Of a DNA stretch of 57,268 bases, positions 19,118 to 28,592 are shown in pieces. Below the pieces are notes generated by a model. That model searched no databases, had not been told where the DNA came from, and worked only from the letters and a program-made list of their open reading frames with translations. A program made the translations under genes and the position numbers. Each line of letters starts with the position of its first letter. Positions within the stretch are counted from its first letter, which is position 1. Location of the stretch: positions 1-57,268 of the forward strand of contig JBAZXM010000004.1 in the NCBI GenBank assembly GCA_041659845.1. Reading direction: 5' to 3'. The stretch is from Minisyncoccota bacterium. Its GTDB lineage: Bacteria > Patescibacteriota > Minisyncoccia > Phycocordibacterales > UBA9973.

Positions 19118-22100
19118 ATGTTTAATAAAATTATTTCATGGTCTCTTAAAAATAAAATTATAGTGCTTTTGATAGCTGGAATTGTAACGGTCGTTGGTGT
19201 GTGGAGTATAACTACAATGAAGGTGGATATTCTTCCAGACATAAACAAGCCGACGGTTACCATTTTCGCAGAGAGCGATGGCATGGCAGCTCCGGAGGTA
19301 GAGCGGCTTATCCTCAATCCAATTGAATCAGCTGTTGCTGGAGCTCCGGGTGTTGAAAGAATAAGAAGTAACGCTTCTTATGCCCAAGCAACAGTTAATA
19401 TGGAATTTGCTTGGGGAAGCGATACTTTGCGCAATAGACAGATTGTCCAAGAAAGATTATCGCAAGCAATATTACCTATTGGTGTAAAACCTGTGATTGG
19501 TCCATCTACTTCTTTATTAGGAGAGATTATGTGGATTGGAATAAATTCATCTGATTCAAAAATTTCTCCAATGGAACTTCGAACGCTTGCAGACTGGACA
19601 ATACGGCCAGCCCTTCTTAAAACCAAAGGAGTTGCAAATGTGCTTGTTATGGGAGGTGATGTACGTGAATGGCAGATAAATATCAACGCTGAACAATTGC
19701 GAAGATATGGGCTTATGCTTGAAGATATTCGTAAAAGCGTGGAAGATGCTCTAATAAATAAAAGTGGAGGACTTCTTACAGAGGAAGAGAAAGAATATCC
19801 TATTCGTATTCTTGTGGCACCAAATGAAGTTTCTGAATTAGCAGATATTTCTATTGGACGCAGTAAAGAGAACAACAGACCAATTCGCCTATCAGACATT
19901 GCTTCGCTTTCAGAAAGTCCAAGTATTATTCGCGGAAGCGGGGCTATCGATGGGAATCCTGGCGTTATACTTAGAATTATTAGACAGCCAGATGCTCAAA
20001 CCATTACTGTAACCGATGAAATAAACAAAACTTTCACATCACTTTCTGCTAGTCTACCAGAAAGTGTTGTCTTACATCCCAATCTTTTTAGACAGGAAAA
20101 TTTCATTCGCGCCGGACTCAGTAACGTTGAGGGAGCGCTTCGTGACGGAACGATACTTGTCATCATAGTTCTTATTATTTTTCTTATGAATATAAGAATG
20201 ACAATGATAACATTAACTGCTATTCCTCTATCTATTCTTGTAACAGCTATTGTATTTAAATCTTTTGACTTATCAGTGAATGTAATGACACTAGGAGGTA
20301 TTGCCGTTGCTGTGGGCGAGCTTGTTGATGACGCAATCGTGGATGTAGAAAATATTTTTCGCCGTTTGCGTTTGTGGATGTTTGATGGAAAAAAAGAAAA
20401 TCGAGAAAATGTTGTTTTGTCTGCCTCAAAAGAAGTACGAAATTCCATAGTGTATGCAACCATATTGGTTGCAGTAGTGTTTCTTCCGATTTTCTTTATG
20501 CCCGACATTGAGGGCAAATTGTTGATTGCTCTTGGTTCAGCATATCTTGTTTCGTTAATTGCATCAATGATTGTATCACTTACCGTAACGCCAGTCTTAT
20601 CTGCACTCCTGCTTGATGATAAAGCATTAAATGGACATGAAAAAGAAACAAAAGTTGTACAAAAAATTAAAGAAAAAATAACCCCATGGATTTACTGGTG
20701 TATTAATCATGTAAAAATTATTGGTAGTGTTACTATTATTGCTCTTTTGCTGACAGTTGGAGCTTATTTCTTTGCTGGTAAAGAAGGGATACCTCCATTC
20801 AACGAAGGATCTATGGTTGTTATGATTTTTTTACCACCCGGAACAGCTCTTTCAACGACTAATGAATATGTTACAAGATTTGAAAAGGCGCTGTTGGAAG
20901 TGGATGGCATAAGACAGGTAAGCAATATAGCTGGACGAGCACCCGCTGATCCTCATGGAGGCAGTCCAAACTCTAGCGAAGTGCAGATCGCTCTAAAGCC
21001 TGGATTTGAAGGGCAAAGAGATAGAATAATGTCTGACATACAAAAAGTGCTTGATAGGTTTGGCAATGCTGATTTTAGTTTAGGACAACCAATTACTCAT
21101 CGTGTTGAAATGCTCCTTTCAGGAGTAAGAGCACCTATCGTTGTAAAAGTTTTTGGCGATGATCCGGTAAAAATGGAAAGTGCAGCAAAACAGGTTGTTT
21201 CTGAGCTTAAAAAGCAAAAAGGAATTGAAAATCCTCGAATTCAACAAAATACTGTTGTCCCAGAATTTCGTATTTATGTTGATAGAAATCGTTTAGCTGA
21301 GTACGGACTGTCTGCAGGTATTGTGGCTAAAGATATTGAAATGGGTCTTATGGGAGATAAATTAGGACAAGTTCGTCTTGGTTCTGCTTCTGTAGATGTT
21401 GTTGCGAGATATGATGCTGAATCAAAAGGTACCATGGCTTCTTTGAGAGATTTATCATTACCATTTATGGGAGCAGACTCTTTAGGTAGTGTTAGTGATA
21501 TTAGAATCGAAGGTGGTATGAACAGTCAAGACCATGAAGGAGGTAAGAGAGTTTTAGTAGTTTCTGCCAACTACCAAGGAAGTGATGTTGTTGGTGCGGT
21601 TGATAGCGCCAAGACTTCACTTGAATCAAAAAAACTTCCAGTAGGAATTACTCTTTCATTTGAGGGAAACTATAAAAGCCAAAAGGAGAGTTCTCTTCGA
21701 TTGGGTTTAATATTTATTTTTGGAATATTTCTTATTTTCGGAGTATTATATTATGCCTTTAAATCGATATCGATTGTGCTTTTAATTATGACCAATATAC
21801 CGACTGTTTTGATCGGTGGAATGATTGGGATCTGGTTTACAGGAGGGTCAATTAATCTTGCACACTTGGTTGGTTTTATCTCATTGGCTGGAATAGTATC
21901 GCGAAATGGAATTATGTTAATTAGTCGAAGCTTGTCTCTTGTTCAAAAAGAGAACTTGCCGTTTGTTCCAGAAACAATAGTAATGGCAACCCTTGATCGC
22001 GTAGTACCAGTGTTGATGACCTCCTTAGTAACTGCTCTTGCTCTCATTCCATTACTTATTTCCGGCAGTGAGCCGGGAAAAGAAATGCTACACCCTCTAG

Positions 22101-22225
22101 CTGTCGTAATCTTTGGAGGATTAATGTCTTCCACAGCAATATCTTTGTTTTTAACCCCAGCATTATTTTATCGTTTTGGTAAAAAGTCGGCATTAAAAGC
22201 AATGGGGTCCGCTTCTGGATTCTAA
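19118..22225 (+). CDS. heavy-metal-efflux type RND transporter (CusA/CzcA family)
   Basis: 1035 aa with 12-TM RND topology. The N-terminus is colinear with CusA (ILPDINKPTVTIFAESDGMAAPEVERLILNPIE). Confidence 0.88.
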   Translation: MFNKIISWSLKNKIIVLLIAGIVTVVGVWSITTMKVDILPDINKPTVTIFAESDGMAAPEVERLILNPIESAVAGAPGVERIRSNASYAQATVNMEFAWGSDTLRNRQIVQERLSQAILPIGVKPVIGPSTSLLGEIMWIGINSSDSKISPMELRTLADWTIRPALLKTKGVANVLVMGGDVREWQININAEQLRRYGLMLEDIRKSVEDALINKSGGLLTEEEKEYPIRILVAPNEVSELADISIGRSKENNRPIRLSDIASLSESPSIIRGSGAIDGNPGVILRIIRQPDAQTITVTDEINKTFTSLSASLPESVVLHPNLFRQENFIRAGLSNVEGALRDGTILVIIVLIIFLMNIRMTMITLTAIPLSILVTAIVFKSFDLSVNVMTLGGIAVAVGELVDDAIVDVENIFRRLRLWMFDGKKENRENVVLSASKEVRNSIVYATILVAVVFLPIFFMPDIEGKLLIALGSAYLVSLIASMIVSLTVTPVLSALLLDDKALNGHEKETKVVQKIKEKITPWIYWCINHVKIIGSVTIIALLLTVGAYFFAGKEGIPPFNEGSMVVMIFLPPGTALSTTNEYVTRFEKALLEVDGIRQVSNIAGRAPADPHGGSPNSSEVQIALKPGFEGQRDRIMSDIQKVLDRFGNADFSLGQPITHRVEMLLSGVRAPIVVKVFGDDPVKMESAAKQVVSELKKQKGIENPRIQQNTVVPEFRIYVDRNRLAEYGLSAGIVAKDIEMGLMGDKLGQVRLGSASVDVVARYDAESKGTMASLRDLSLPFMGADSLGSVSDIRIEGGMNSQDHEGGKRVLVVSANYQGSDVVGAVDSAKTSLESKKLPVGITLSFEGNYKSQKESSLRLGLIFIFGIFLIFGVLYYAFKSISIVLLIMTNIPTVLIGGMIGIWFTGGSINLAHLVGFISLAGIVSRNGIMLISRSLSLVQKENLPFVPETIVMATLDRVVPVLMTSLVTALALIPLLISGSEPGKEMLHPLAVVIFGGLMSSTAISLFLTPALFYRFGKKSALKAMGSASGF

Positions 22226-22352
22226 ATTTATGAAACACATTAATATAGGGCGCGAACCTCCCAGATATAGATTTGAGAAAAATTATAAATTAAAAGATTA
22301 ACATATTAATTGGTAGCTATCTATAAAAAATATTTAGCGCCTTATAAAAATT

Positions 22353-22688
22353 ATGAAAAATACAACATTAGTTATCGGTATAATTATTGCACTTATTATT
22401 GGATCGGGAATAGGGTTTTCTTTAGGTAAAGGTTCAAGTAAAAATACTTCTGATGAAAAAAAATTGCAAGATTCAATTAGTATGATGAAAGAACAGTCAT
22501 TAAGTATTCAAAAGATGGGAGAAATGATGATATCCAGCGGGGTAATAATGCAAGAAGCTGGAATGAAATACAAAGATGATGAAATAATCGCCAACGGAAA
22601 AGATTTAGAAGCTATTGGTAATAAATATATAAAAGAAAATACTAAGTCGACAGAAAAAGATTCTTCCATGAAAGAAGTCATGAATTAA
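22353..22688 (+). CDS. small membrane-anchored Met-rich protein
   Basis: 111 aa with an N-terminal TM. SISMMKEQSLSIQKMGEMMISSGVIMQEAGM. Confidence 0.5.
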   Translation: MKNTTLVIGIIIALIIGSGIGFSLGKGSSKNTSDEKKLQDSISMMKEQSLSIQKMGEMMISSGVIMQEAGMKYKDDEIIANGKDLEAIGNKYIKENTKSTEKDSSMKEVMN

Positions 22689-22697
22689 ATTAATATA

Positions 22698-22743
22698 TGA
22701 CACACAAAAAAGAGCGATCATCATCGCTCTTTTTTGTGTGTCA
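22698..22743. terminator. bidirectional intrinsic terminator (21-bp perfect stem)
   Basis: tgacacacaaaaaagagcgat-catc-atcgctcttttttgtgtgtca, between convergent genes. Confidence 0.8.
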
Positions 22744-22754
22744 TTAAAATTATT

Positions 22755-25700
22755 TTAATAAGATGTTATCGAGCCTGGATCTGGAGCTGGCTCTGAAGCT
22801 GGCTCTGCATCAGGAATTGGTGATGGGTCGGGAGCAGCGGGTGGCGCTTCATCTACTGGCGGGGTATCTGATGGAGGAGTTGAATCAGATAGAGGTATTG
22901 AATCTGTGGTTGGTGTAGGATCTGGATTTGATGAAGGAATAGTAATTGGTGATATTGTTCCGCATTCCCCCGCCGTCTTTGCAAAGTCTCCATTTGTAAT
23001 CACTACGCAATAAATTTGTCCCGTGGCTGTGTCTTTGAATTCCACTCCATTTGTTTTAACAGTATTTGCAGTAATCGTCTCAGCAATAATATCTTTAACT
23101 CGCACAATGCCATTGATAATCTTCTCACCTGCATCAGCCAAGAATTGAGTGATGAGTGTTTTTAATTTTGAATTCCCTGTCCCGTCATCGAGAGTTTCTA
23201 ATCCTTTCAATCGAAGGTCGATCTCTTGAACAGATTTGATGAGTATCGGAGTGATGTCTTGGTAATTGATACCACGAGGAGTAGTACCATCTTCGTCGTA
23301 GAAGACGAGACGAGGATCAATAGTATTTACTTCTTCAGCAATTAGACCGAGGCGAAGATCATTGGTGTCGTTATAACGGAATGAGACTGGATGGAATTGT
23401 AAGAGTTCGTTAAGTCCAGCATCGAGATCGGTAATGTCGTGCTTCCATCTTTGTGATGATCCTCCGCAGGTTGTTCCTCTGGTGACTATCTGACCTGCTG
23501 TGGTGATACATAAGTAGTGGTCGGATCCTCCGGCATTGTCTGTGGTGAGGTTAAATAATGTGGTGTCTCCTGTTATGGTGAGACCGCCTTGATAAAGATT
23601 ATTTGCTGAGAAAGGAATGTAGTCGGTTTTACCGGAGGTCATAACGTCACTGGCTCCACTCTGTGCAACAGCTACAAAAACACCATTACCATAAGTGACA
23701 CCCATCCATGGATTATTTACAGCACTAGTGCGAGAAGTCCAAGTGATACCATCGGATGAAGTCATGACACGGTCACCCGTGCCAGTATTGGAAACCGCAA
23801 CAAACAGACCGTTGCCATAAGTAACACCAAGCCATTGATTATTTACAGCACTAGTGCGAGAAGTCCAAGTGATACCATCGGGTGAAGTCATAACGCGATT
23901 ACCTGTACCGTCAACAGAAACGGCAACAAAAAGACCATTACCATAGGTAACGGAACGCCAATCATTATCTGCAGAATTAACGCGAGAAGTCCAAGTGATA
24001 CCATCGGGTGAAGTCATGACGCAGTCCCCGGTGCAAGTATTGGAAACCGCAACAAAAAGACCGTTACCATAGGTAACGGAACGCCAATTATTACTCGCAG
24101 CACTAGTGCGAGAAGTCCAAGTGATACCATCGGGTGAAGTCATGACATTACCATTACCAGAAACTGCCACAAACAGTCCATTACCATATGTGACACTATT
24201 CCAACTATCGTCTGGAGCACCAGTACGGGAAGTCCAAGTGATACCATTAGGTGAAGTCATGACGCGATTGCCTGTGCCACTACTAGCCACAGCCACAAAC
24301 AAACCATTACCGTAAGTGACACTAGTCCAAGAGTTATCTGCCGCACTAGTACGAGATGTCCAATTGATACCATCGGGTGAAGTCATAACACCGTCTCCTG
24401 TGCCATTTATAGCAACAGCCACAAACAAACCATTACCGTAAGTGACACCGAGCCATTGATTATTTACAGAACCCGTTCTCGATGTCCACGCTGTTCCTTT
24501 TGAAATAATATTACCGACAACTACCAGTTTTTCTCCGGGGGTCGTGGTCCCGATGCCGACATTACCACCTCCGTTAAATATAGCATCGTAATGAGTTACT
24601 CCAGTTTTACTATTGTCATTATAAGTAGGACTAACCAATAGTGTTGTTAAGGATTGCGTATTTGCACCTGCAACAAGTGTAGGAGAGAATTTAATACCTA
24701 GTACAGTATCACTAGTTGTTGCTCTGCCAGTGATGGAAGTTCTGACAGTTAATCCTCCGACTTGATTGTTGTTTGTTGCAATAATAGAAGAATCAATATC
24801 AAGGAAAGATGCCGGGATATTGGTACCGATACCGACATTACCACCACTAAGGATAGTTAATCTTTCAGAGACGACACCCCCGGGAGCAGTCCACAAAGAA
24901 ATAGAGCTTCCCGCTAATCTTAAATCAGTAAAAGAATTTAAAATATCTACAGATCTAATATAACCAATACTACCCGCCACATCATAACCTAAATTTAAAT
25001 GTTTCCCTGTTGCCTCATTACCAAAACCTCCAGTGTCCCACGCAGGACCATTGCTAATATTTACAAGCCCTAAACTATCAATAAACATCTTTGTCGTTAA
25101 AGACTGCAGTGTTGTACCAGTTCCACCCGCAACAGAAGTCTGGAAAATAAGATTTCCCCCAAGAGCATTACCTGTCGCCTTACCTCCTGCAAAAGTGAAA
25201 TTACCTCCAGCAGTATCAGTACCAACAGCTCCTGTAGTATTAAAGGTAATTCCAGTTGGCTGAACACCTGAATTATTATCATTGGTTACACCTTGTCCAA
25301 AATAAGCTTGAGTGATTTTACCTGTACCTCCTCCACTATCTCCACCCATAACTAATTGATTAGAAGCAGTTGGTACTGAACCATAACCGACAGAAATAGA
25401 AGAATCAAATGTAGTAGCAATTGACCCAGCAAGAAATCCTATAGCTGTATTAAAATTACCTGTAGTATTGTTAAGCATTGCACCCATTCCCACAGCAGTA
25501 TTATCACCACCCGTATTTGCAAGGAGAGATTGATAACCCATAGCGGTATTACCATTTAAAGTAGTATTTGCAGTAAGAGCTTGATAACCTACAGCTGTAT
25601 TATTTAATCCAGTAGTATTAGCAGTAAGAGCTTGATAACCTACAGCAATATTCTGACCACCTGAAGTATTTGAACCAAGAGCAAAATAACCATTTGCAGT

Positions 25701-27260
25701 ATTATTGACACCAGTAGTATTTAAATTAAGAGCACCAGTACCAACAGCAACATTTTTATCTCCTGTGGTATTTGCTTTAAACGCTCTAAAACCAACAGCA
25801 GTGTTACTGCCCCCCGTCATTGTAAGATTTCCAGCATCAAGTCCTGCAAAGAAATTACTACCACCAAGAGTATGAAGAAGAGTTATACCACCCTGATAAA
25901 TAATACCAGAAGTTGCGGTGGTAGAAGGAAGAGCAAAATTTCCTGTGATTTCTAATTGTTGAGATGGAGTAGGAACACCTATACCGAAATTACCATTCGC
26001 AAGAAGCGTGGCTTTGGTCGTAAGTGTTTGCAGTGTAGTTCCTGTTGCTCCCGCATCTGAAGTTTGGAAAATGAGACTTCCCCCCACAGCATTACCTGTC
26101 GCTTTTCCGCCAGCGATAGTGAAGTTACCTCCAGCAGTGTTGAGTCCGAATGCACCTGTTGCATTAAACGTAATTCCATCGGGTTGGATTGCTTCATTTT
26201 GATCATTTATAACACCCTGCCCAAAATATGCATTAATAATTTTACCTAATCCTGCGCCTTCAGAGGCGCCAATTACTAACTGATTCGAAGCAGTCGCACT
26301 TGCTACTGAACCAATCATGATTGAATTAGAAATATCAACAGGAGAAAAAATTCCTGTAGCATATCCAATTCCTATATTATTACTTCCTGTAGTATTAAGA
26401 GTGAGGGCACTGACTCCAAGAGCTGTATTAAAATTACCCGTAGTATTTGCGAGGAGAGATTGATAGCCGTATCCCACATTACCAAATCCGGTAGTATTTG
26501 CGAGGAGAGATTGATAGCCTGTGGCAGAATTAGCATCTCCATCAATATTTGCAAAAAGAGCATTGGAACCAAAAGCGGTATTAAAATCTCCTGAAGTGTT
26601 TGAGTTAAGAGAATATGCTCCCATTGTCGTATTATCAACACCAACATCATTTGACGCGAGACCATTAACACCGACGGCTGTATTATTATTTCCTATTGTA
26701 TTGGCAAATAGTGCGGCGGCGCCAATAGCAGTATTTAATTGACCTGTTGTATTTGAAAGTAATGTATCAGTACCGATCGCTGTATTTCCTAGTCCTGAAG
26801 TAGTGCCGTTCATAGCTCCTTTACCTACGCTTAGATTAGCATTTACTGTATCTTGTTTTGCAAAAAATGCGCCGTTTAGATTGAGAGCTTTATTTGTATT
26901 ATCCCAAGTGAAATTCGTATTGTCTTGCGCGAGATTATTTGATGAGTCTACAAAAAGAATTGAACCTGAAGTTCCGGAAGTCACGGCATTGCCGATACCC
27001 ATACCGACAACGCTCCCCCAACTCGTCGTCGTGCCGTCAGTCGTCAAAAACTTTCCATTATTCCCGGTCTGAGTCGGCAAAATCTGCACAGTACACCCAG
27101 CTGACCCAGGGGTACAGTTCGGATCAAGTGTTTGACCGGGGGTGAAAGCAGCGAACAATGAAGTAGTAGCAGAGAATACTGCTAAAAAGGCAAGAGAAAA
27201 AGCTAGTTTTAAATTACTCTGAAAGAAATTTCTTATTTGACTGAAAAAGTGTTTCATCAT
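22755..27260 (-). CDS. giant secreted tail-fibre-like protein: Hep_Hag-like NTAxG repeats, duplicated ~300-aa module, 7 Asp-box propeller repeats, S74-type intramolecular chaperone domain, Pro-rich tail
   Basis: 1501 aa with a signal peptide. Repeats of NTAxGxxALxxNTTG. Seven repeats of WTSRTSAxxNxWxSVTYGNGLFVAV...VMTSPDGIT. SSQRWKHDITDLD...LGLIAEEV...INYQDITPILIKSVQE resembles the auto-cleaving C-terminal chaperone of phage tail fibres and endosialidases. Confidence 0.8.
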   Translation of the reverse strand: MMKHFFSQIRNFFQSNLKLAFSLAFLAVFSATTSLFAAFTPGQTLDPNCTPGSAGCTVQILPTQTGNNGKFLTTDGTTTSWGSVVGMGIGNAVTSGTSGSILFVDSSNNLAQDNTNFTWDNTNKALNLNGAFFAKQDTVNANLSVGKGAMNGTTSGLGNTAIGTDTLLSNTTGQLNTAIGAAALFANTIGNNNTAVGVNGLASNDVGVDNTTMGAYSLNSNTSGDFNTAFGSNALFANIDGDANSATGYQSLLANTTGFGNVGYGYQSLLANTTGNFNTALGVSALTLNTTGSNNIGIGYATGIFSPVDISNSIMIGSVASATASNQLVIGASEGAGLGKIINAYFGQGVINDQNEAIQPDGITFNATGAFGLNTAGGNFTIAGGKATGNAVGGSLIFQTSDAGATGTTLQTLTTKATLLANGNFGIGVPTPSQQLEITGNFALPSTTATSGIIYQGGITLLHTLGGSNFFAGLDAGNLTMTGGSNTAVGFRAFKANTTGDKNVAVGTGALNLNTTGVNNTANGYFALGSNTSGGQNIAVGYQALTANTTGLNNTAVGYQALTANTTLNGNTAMGYQSLLANTGGDNTAVGMGAMLNNTTGNFNTAIGFLAGSIATTFDSSISVGYGSVPTASNQLVMGGDSGGGTGKITQAYFGQGVTNDNNSGVQPTGITFNTTGAVGTDTAGGNFTFAGGKATGNALGGNLIFQTSVAGGTGTTLQSLTTKMFIDSLGLVNISNGPAWDTGGFGNEATGKHLNLGYDVAGSIGYIRSVDILNSFTDLRLAGSSISLWTAPGGVVSERLTILSGGNVGIGTNIPASFLDIDSSIIATNNNQVGGLTVRTSITGRATTSDTVLGIKFSPTLVAGANTQSLTTLLVSPTYNDNSKTGVTHYDAIFNGGGNVGIGTTTPGEKLVVVGNIISKGTAWTSRTGSVNNQWLGVTYGNGLFVAVAINGTGDGVMTSPDGINWTSRTSAADNSWTSVTYGNGLFVAVASSGTGNRVMTSPNGITWTSRTGAPDDSWNSVTYGNGLFVAVSGNGNVMTSPDGITWTSRTSAASNNWRSVTYGNGLFVAVSNTCTGDCVMTSPDGITWTSRVNSADNDWRSVTYGNGLFVAVSVDGTGNRVMTSPDGITWTSRTSAVNNQWLGVTYGNGLFVAVSNTGTGDRVMTSSDGITWTSRTSAVNNPWMGVTYGNGVFVAVAQSGASDVMTSGKTDYIPFSANNLYQGGLTITGDTTLFNLTTDNAGGSDHYLCITTAGQIVTRGTTCGGSSQRWKHDITDLDAGLNELLQFHPVSFRYNDTNDLRLGLIAEEVNTIDPRLVFYDEDGTTPRGINYQDITPILIKSVQEIDLRLKGLETLDDGTGNSKLKTLITQFLADAGEKIINGIVRVKDIIAETITANTVKTNGVEFKDTATGQIYCVVITNGDFAKTAGECGTISPITIPSSNPDPTPTTDSIPLSDSTPPSDTPPVDEAPPAAPDPSPIPDAEPASEPAPDPGSITSY
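23640..24500 (-). repeat. tandem coding repeats, period ~126 bp (7 units)
   Basis: gcactagtgcgagaagtccaagtgataccatcgg(g/a)tgaagtcat(g/a)ac recurs at 23722, 23848 and 24100, with diverged copies between. Confidence 0.85.
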
Positions 27261-27391
27261 GAATGTGAAAATCCGCCCTGAAACAGAAAGAATACACTTA
27301 TATTATACTACAAAAAATAAAATTGATTTCCAGAATAAAGGACAAAAACTGTGGATTAGTATTCTCTGAGGAAACATGGAATAATACGGAT

Positions 27392-28138
27392 ATGGAAAAA
27401 GAAAACTTGCAGCAAGAAAATGAGGAGATGAAAAAAATTATTTCGGCGAAATCTGAACTCCTTTCACTCTCGGCGCACCAGCTGCGCACCTCCCTTTCCG
27501 CACTCAAGTGGACATTTAAAATGTTCCTAGACGGCGATGTCGGCGAACTCGCACCAGAACAGCAAGCCCTAATCAAAAAAGCTTCCGATAGCAATGAGCG
27601 TATGATTGCACTTGTTTCTGATATTCTCACACTTAACAAAACTGACGCCGGCACACTGCCGTATCATATCGAGGAATTCAATATCGTAAGCCTGATTGAC
27701 GAGACTCTTTTTGAATTCATCGGAGAATCATACAAGCGCGGAATTGAAATAATCTTTCTTAAACCAGACTCACCTATTCCAAACATCAGTGCCGATAGGG
27801 AAAAAATTCGCGTGGTATTCGAGAATATAATTGAAAATGCTCTTAAGTACAGCAGTAAGGGTGATAAGATTTTTATTTCCATAAACATTAGAGATGCAGA
27901 AGTGGAAATTGCAGTTAAAGACAATGGTATCGGCATCAAAGAAGATGAAGCATCGAAAATCTTTACTAAATTCTTCCGAACATCAGAAGCCGAACAGAAG
28001 GATACTGTCGGCACCGGGCTCGGCCTTTTCACTACGAAAAATATTGTGGAACATCATAATGGAAAGATCTGGTTTGAAAGCGTTTCTAATAACGGTTCCA
28101 CTTTTTTTGTAACACTTCCCATAAAGCACAATGGATAG
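27392..28138 (+). CDS. sensor-less histidine kinase (HisKA + HATPase_c)
   Basis: H-box LSLSAHQLRTSLSAL plus N, G1 (DNGIGI) and G2 (GTGLGL) boxes. No TM or sensor domain. Start is ambiguous: ATG 27392 or TTG 27323. Confidence 0.8.
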   Translation: MEKENLQQENEEMKKIISAKSELLSLSAHQLRTSLSALKWTFKMFLDGDVGELAPEQQALIKKASDSNERMIALVSDILTLNKTDAGTLPYHIEEFNIVSLIDETLFEFIGESYKRGIEIIFLKPDSPIPNISADREKIRVVFENIIENALKYSSKGDKIFISINIRDAEVEIAVKDNGIGIKEDEASKIFTKFFRTSEAEQKDTVGTGLGLFTTKNIVEHHNGKIWFESVSNNGSTFFVTLPIKHNG

Positions 28139-28171
28139 TATACTTGTGGGGTATTAATAATTATTACACCT

Positions 28172-28564
28172 ATGAAAAAAATTCTTATCATCGAAGACGA
28201 TAGTTTTCTCCAAGGGCTTGAGTCAACCAAACTTAAAAAAGAAGGTTACGAGACTATTGCCGTATCTCATAAAGATGAAATCTTAAAAGCAATCGACACT
28301 GAAAATGCTGATGTCATCCTACTCGACCTCATGCTTCCTGAAATTGACGGATTCGATGTACTTAAAAAAATCCGAGAAAACCTAAAATTTGTAAAAACTC
28401 CTGTCGTTGTCTTTTCTAATCTCTCAGAAGATAAAGATATAGATAAAGCGAAAGCGCTGGGAGCGAATGAATTCATGGTCAAAGCAAGCTTCACGCTTGA
28501 TGAATTGGTTGAGAAAATCAAAGCATTGCTGGCTGCACAGACTACGAGCGAAGATCAGCCTTAA
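28172..28564 (+). CDS. stand-alone response regulator receiver
   Basis: 130 aa. ILIIEDD...ILLDLMLPEIDGFDVL...K. Confidence 0.85.
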   Translation: MKKILIIEDDSFLQGLESTKLKKEGYETIAVSHKDEILKAIDTENADVILLDLMLPEIDGFDVLKKIRENLKFVKTPVVVFSNLSEDKDIDKAKALGANEFMVKASFTLDELVEKIKALLAAQTTSEDQP

Positions 28565-28592
28565 TCATTAAATTAATTAAAAGTATTTAAAT

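Noticed and set aside
23640-24500. Regularly spaced ~126-bp repeats, considered as a possible CRISPR-like or other non-coding array.
   Set aside because: The repeats are in frame within one long ORF and encode Asp-box propeller blades. There is no repeat-spacer organisation and there are no cas genes.
22755-27260. Diversity-generating retroelement target, considered because CPR genomes often carry these elements and this is a repeat-rich surface protein.
   Set aside because: The window contains no reverse transcriptase ORF and no template/variable repeat pair with A-specific mismatches.
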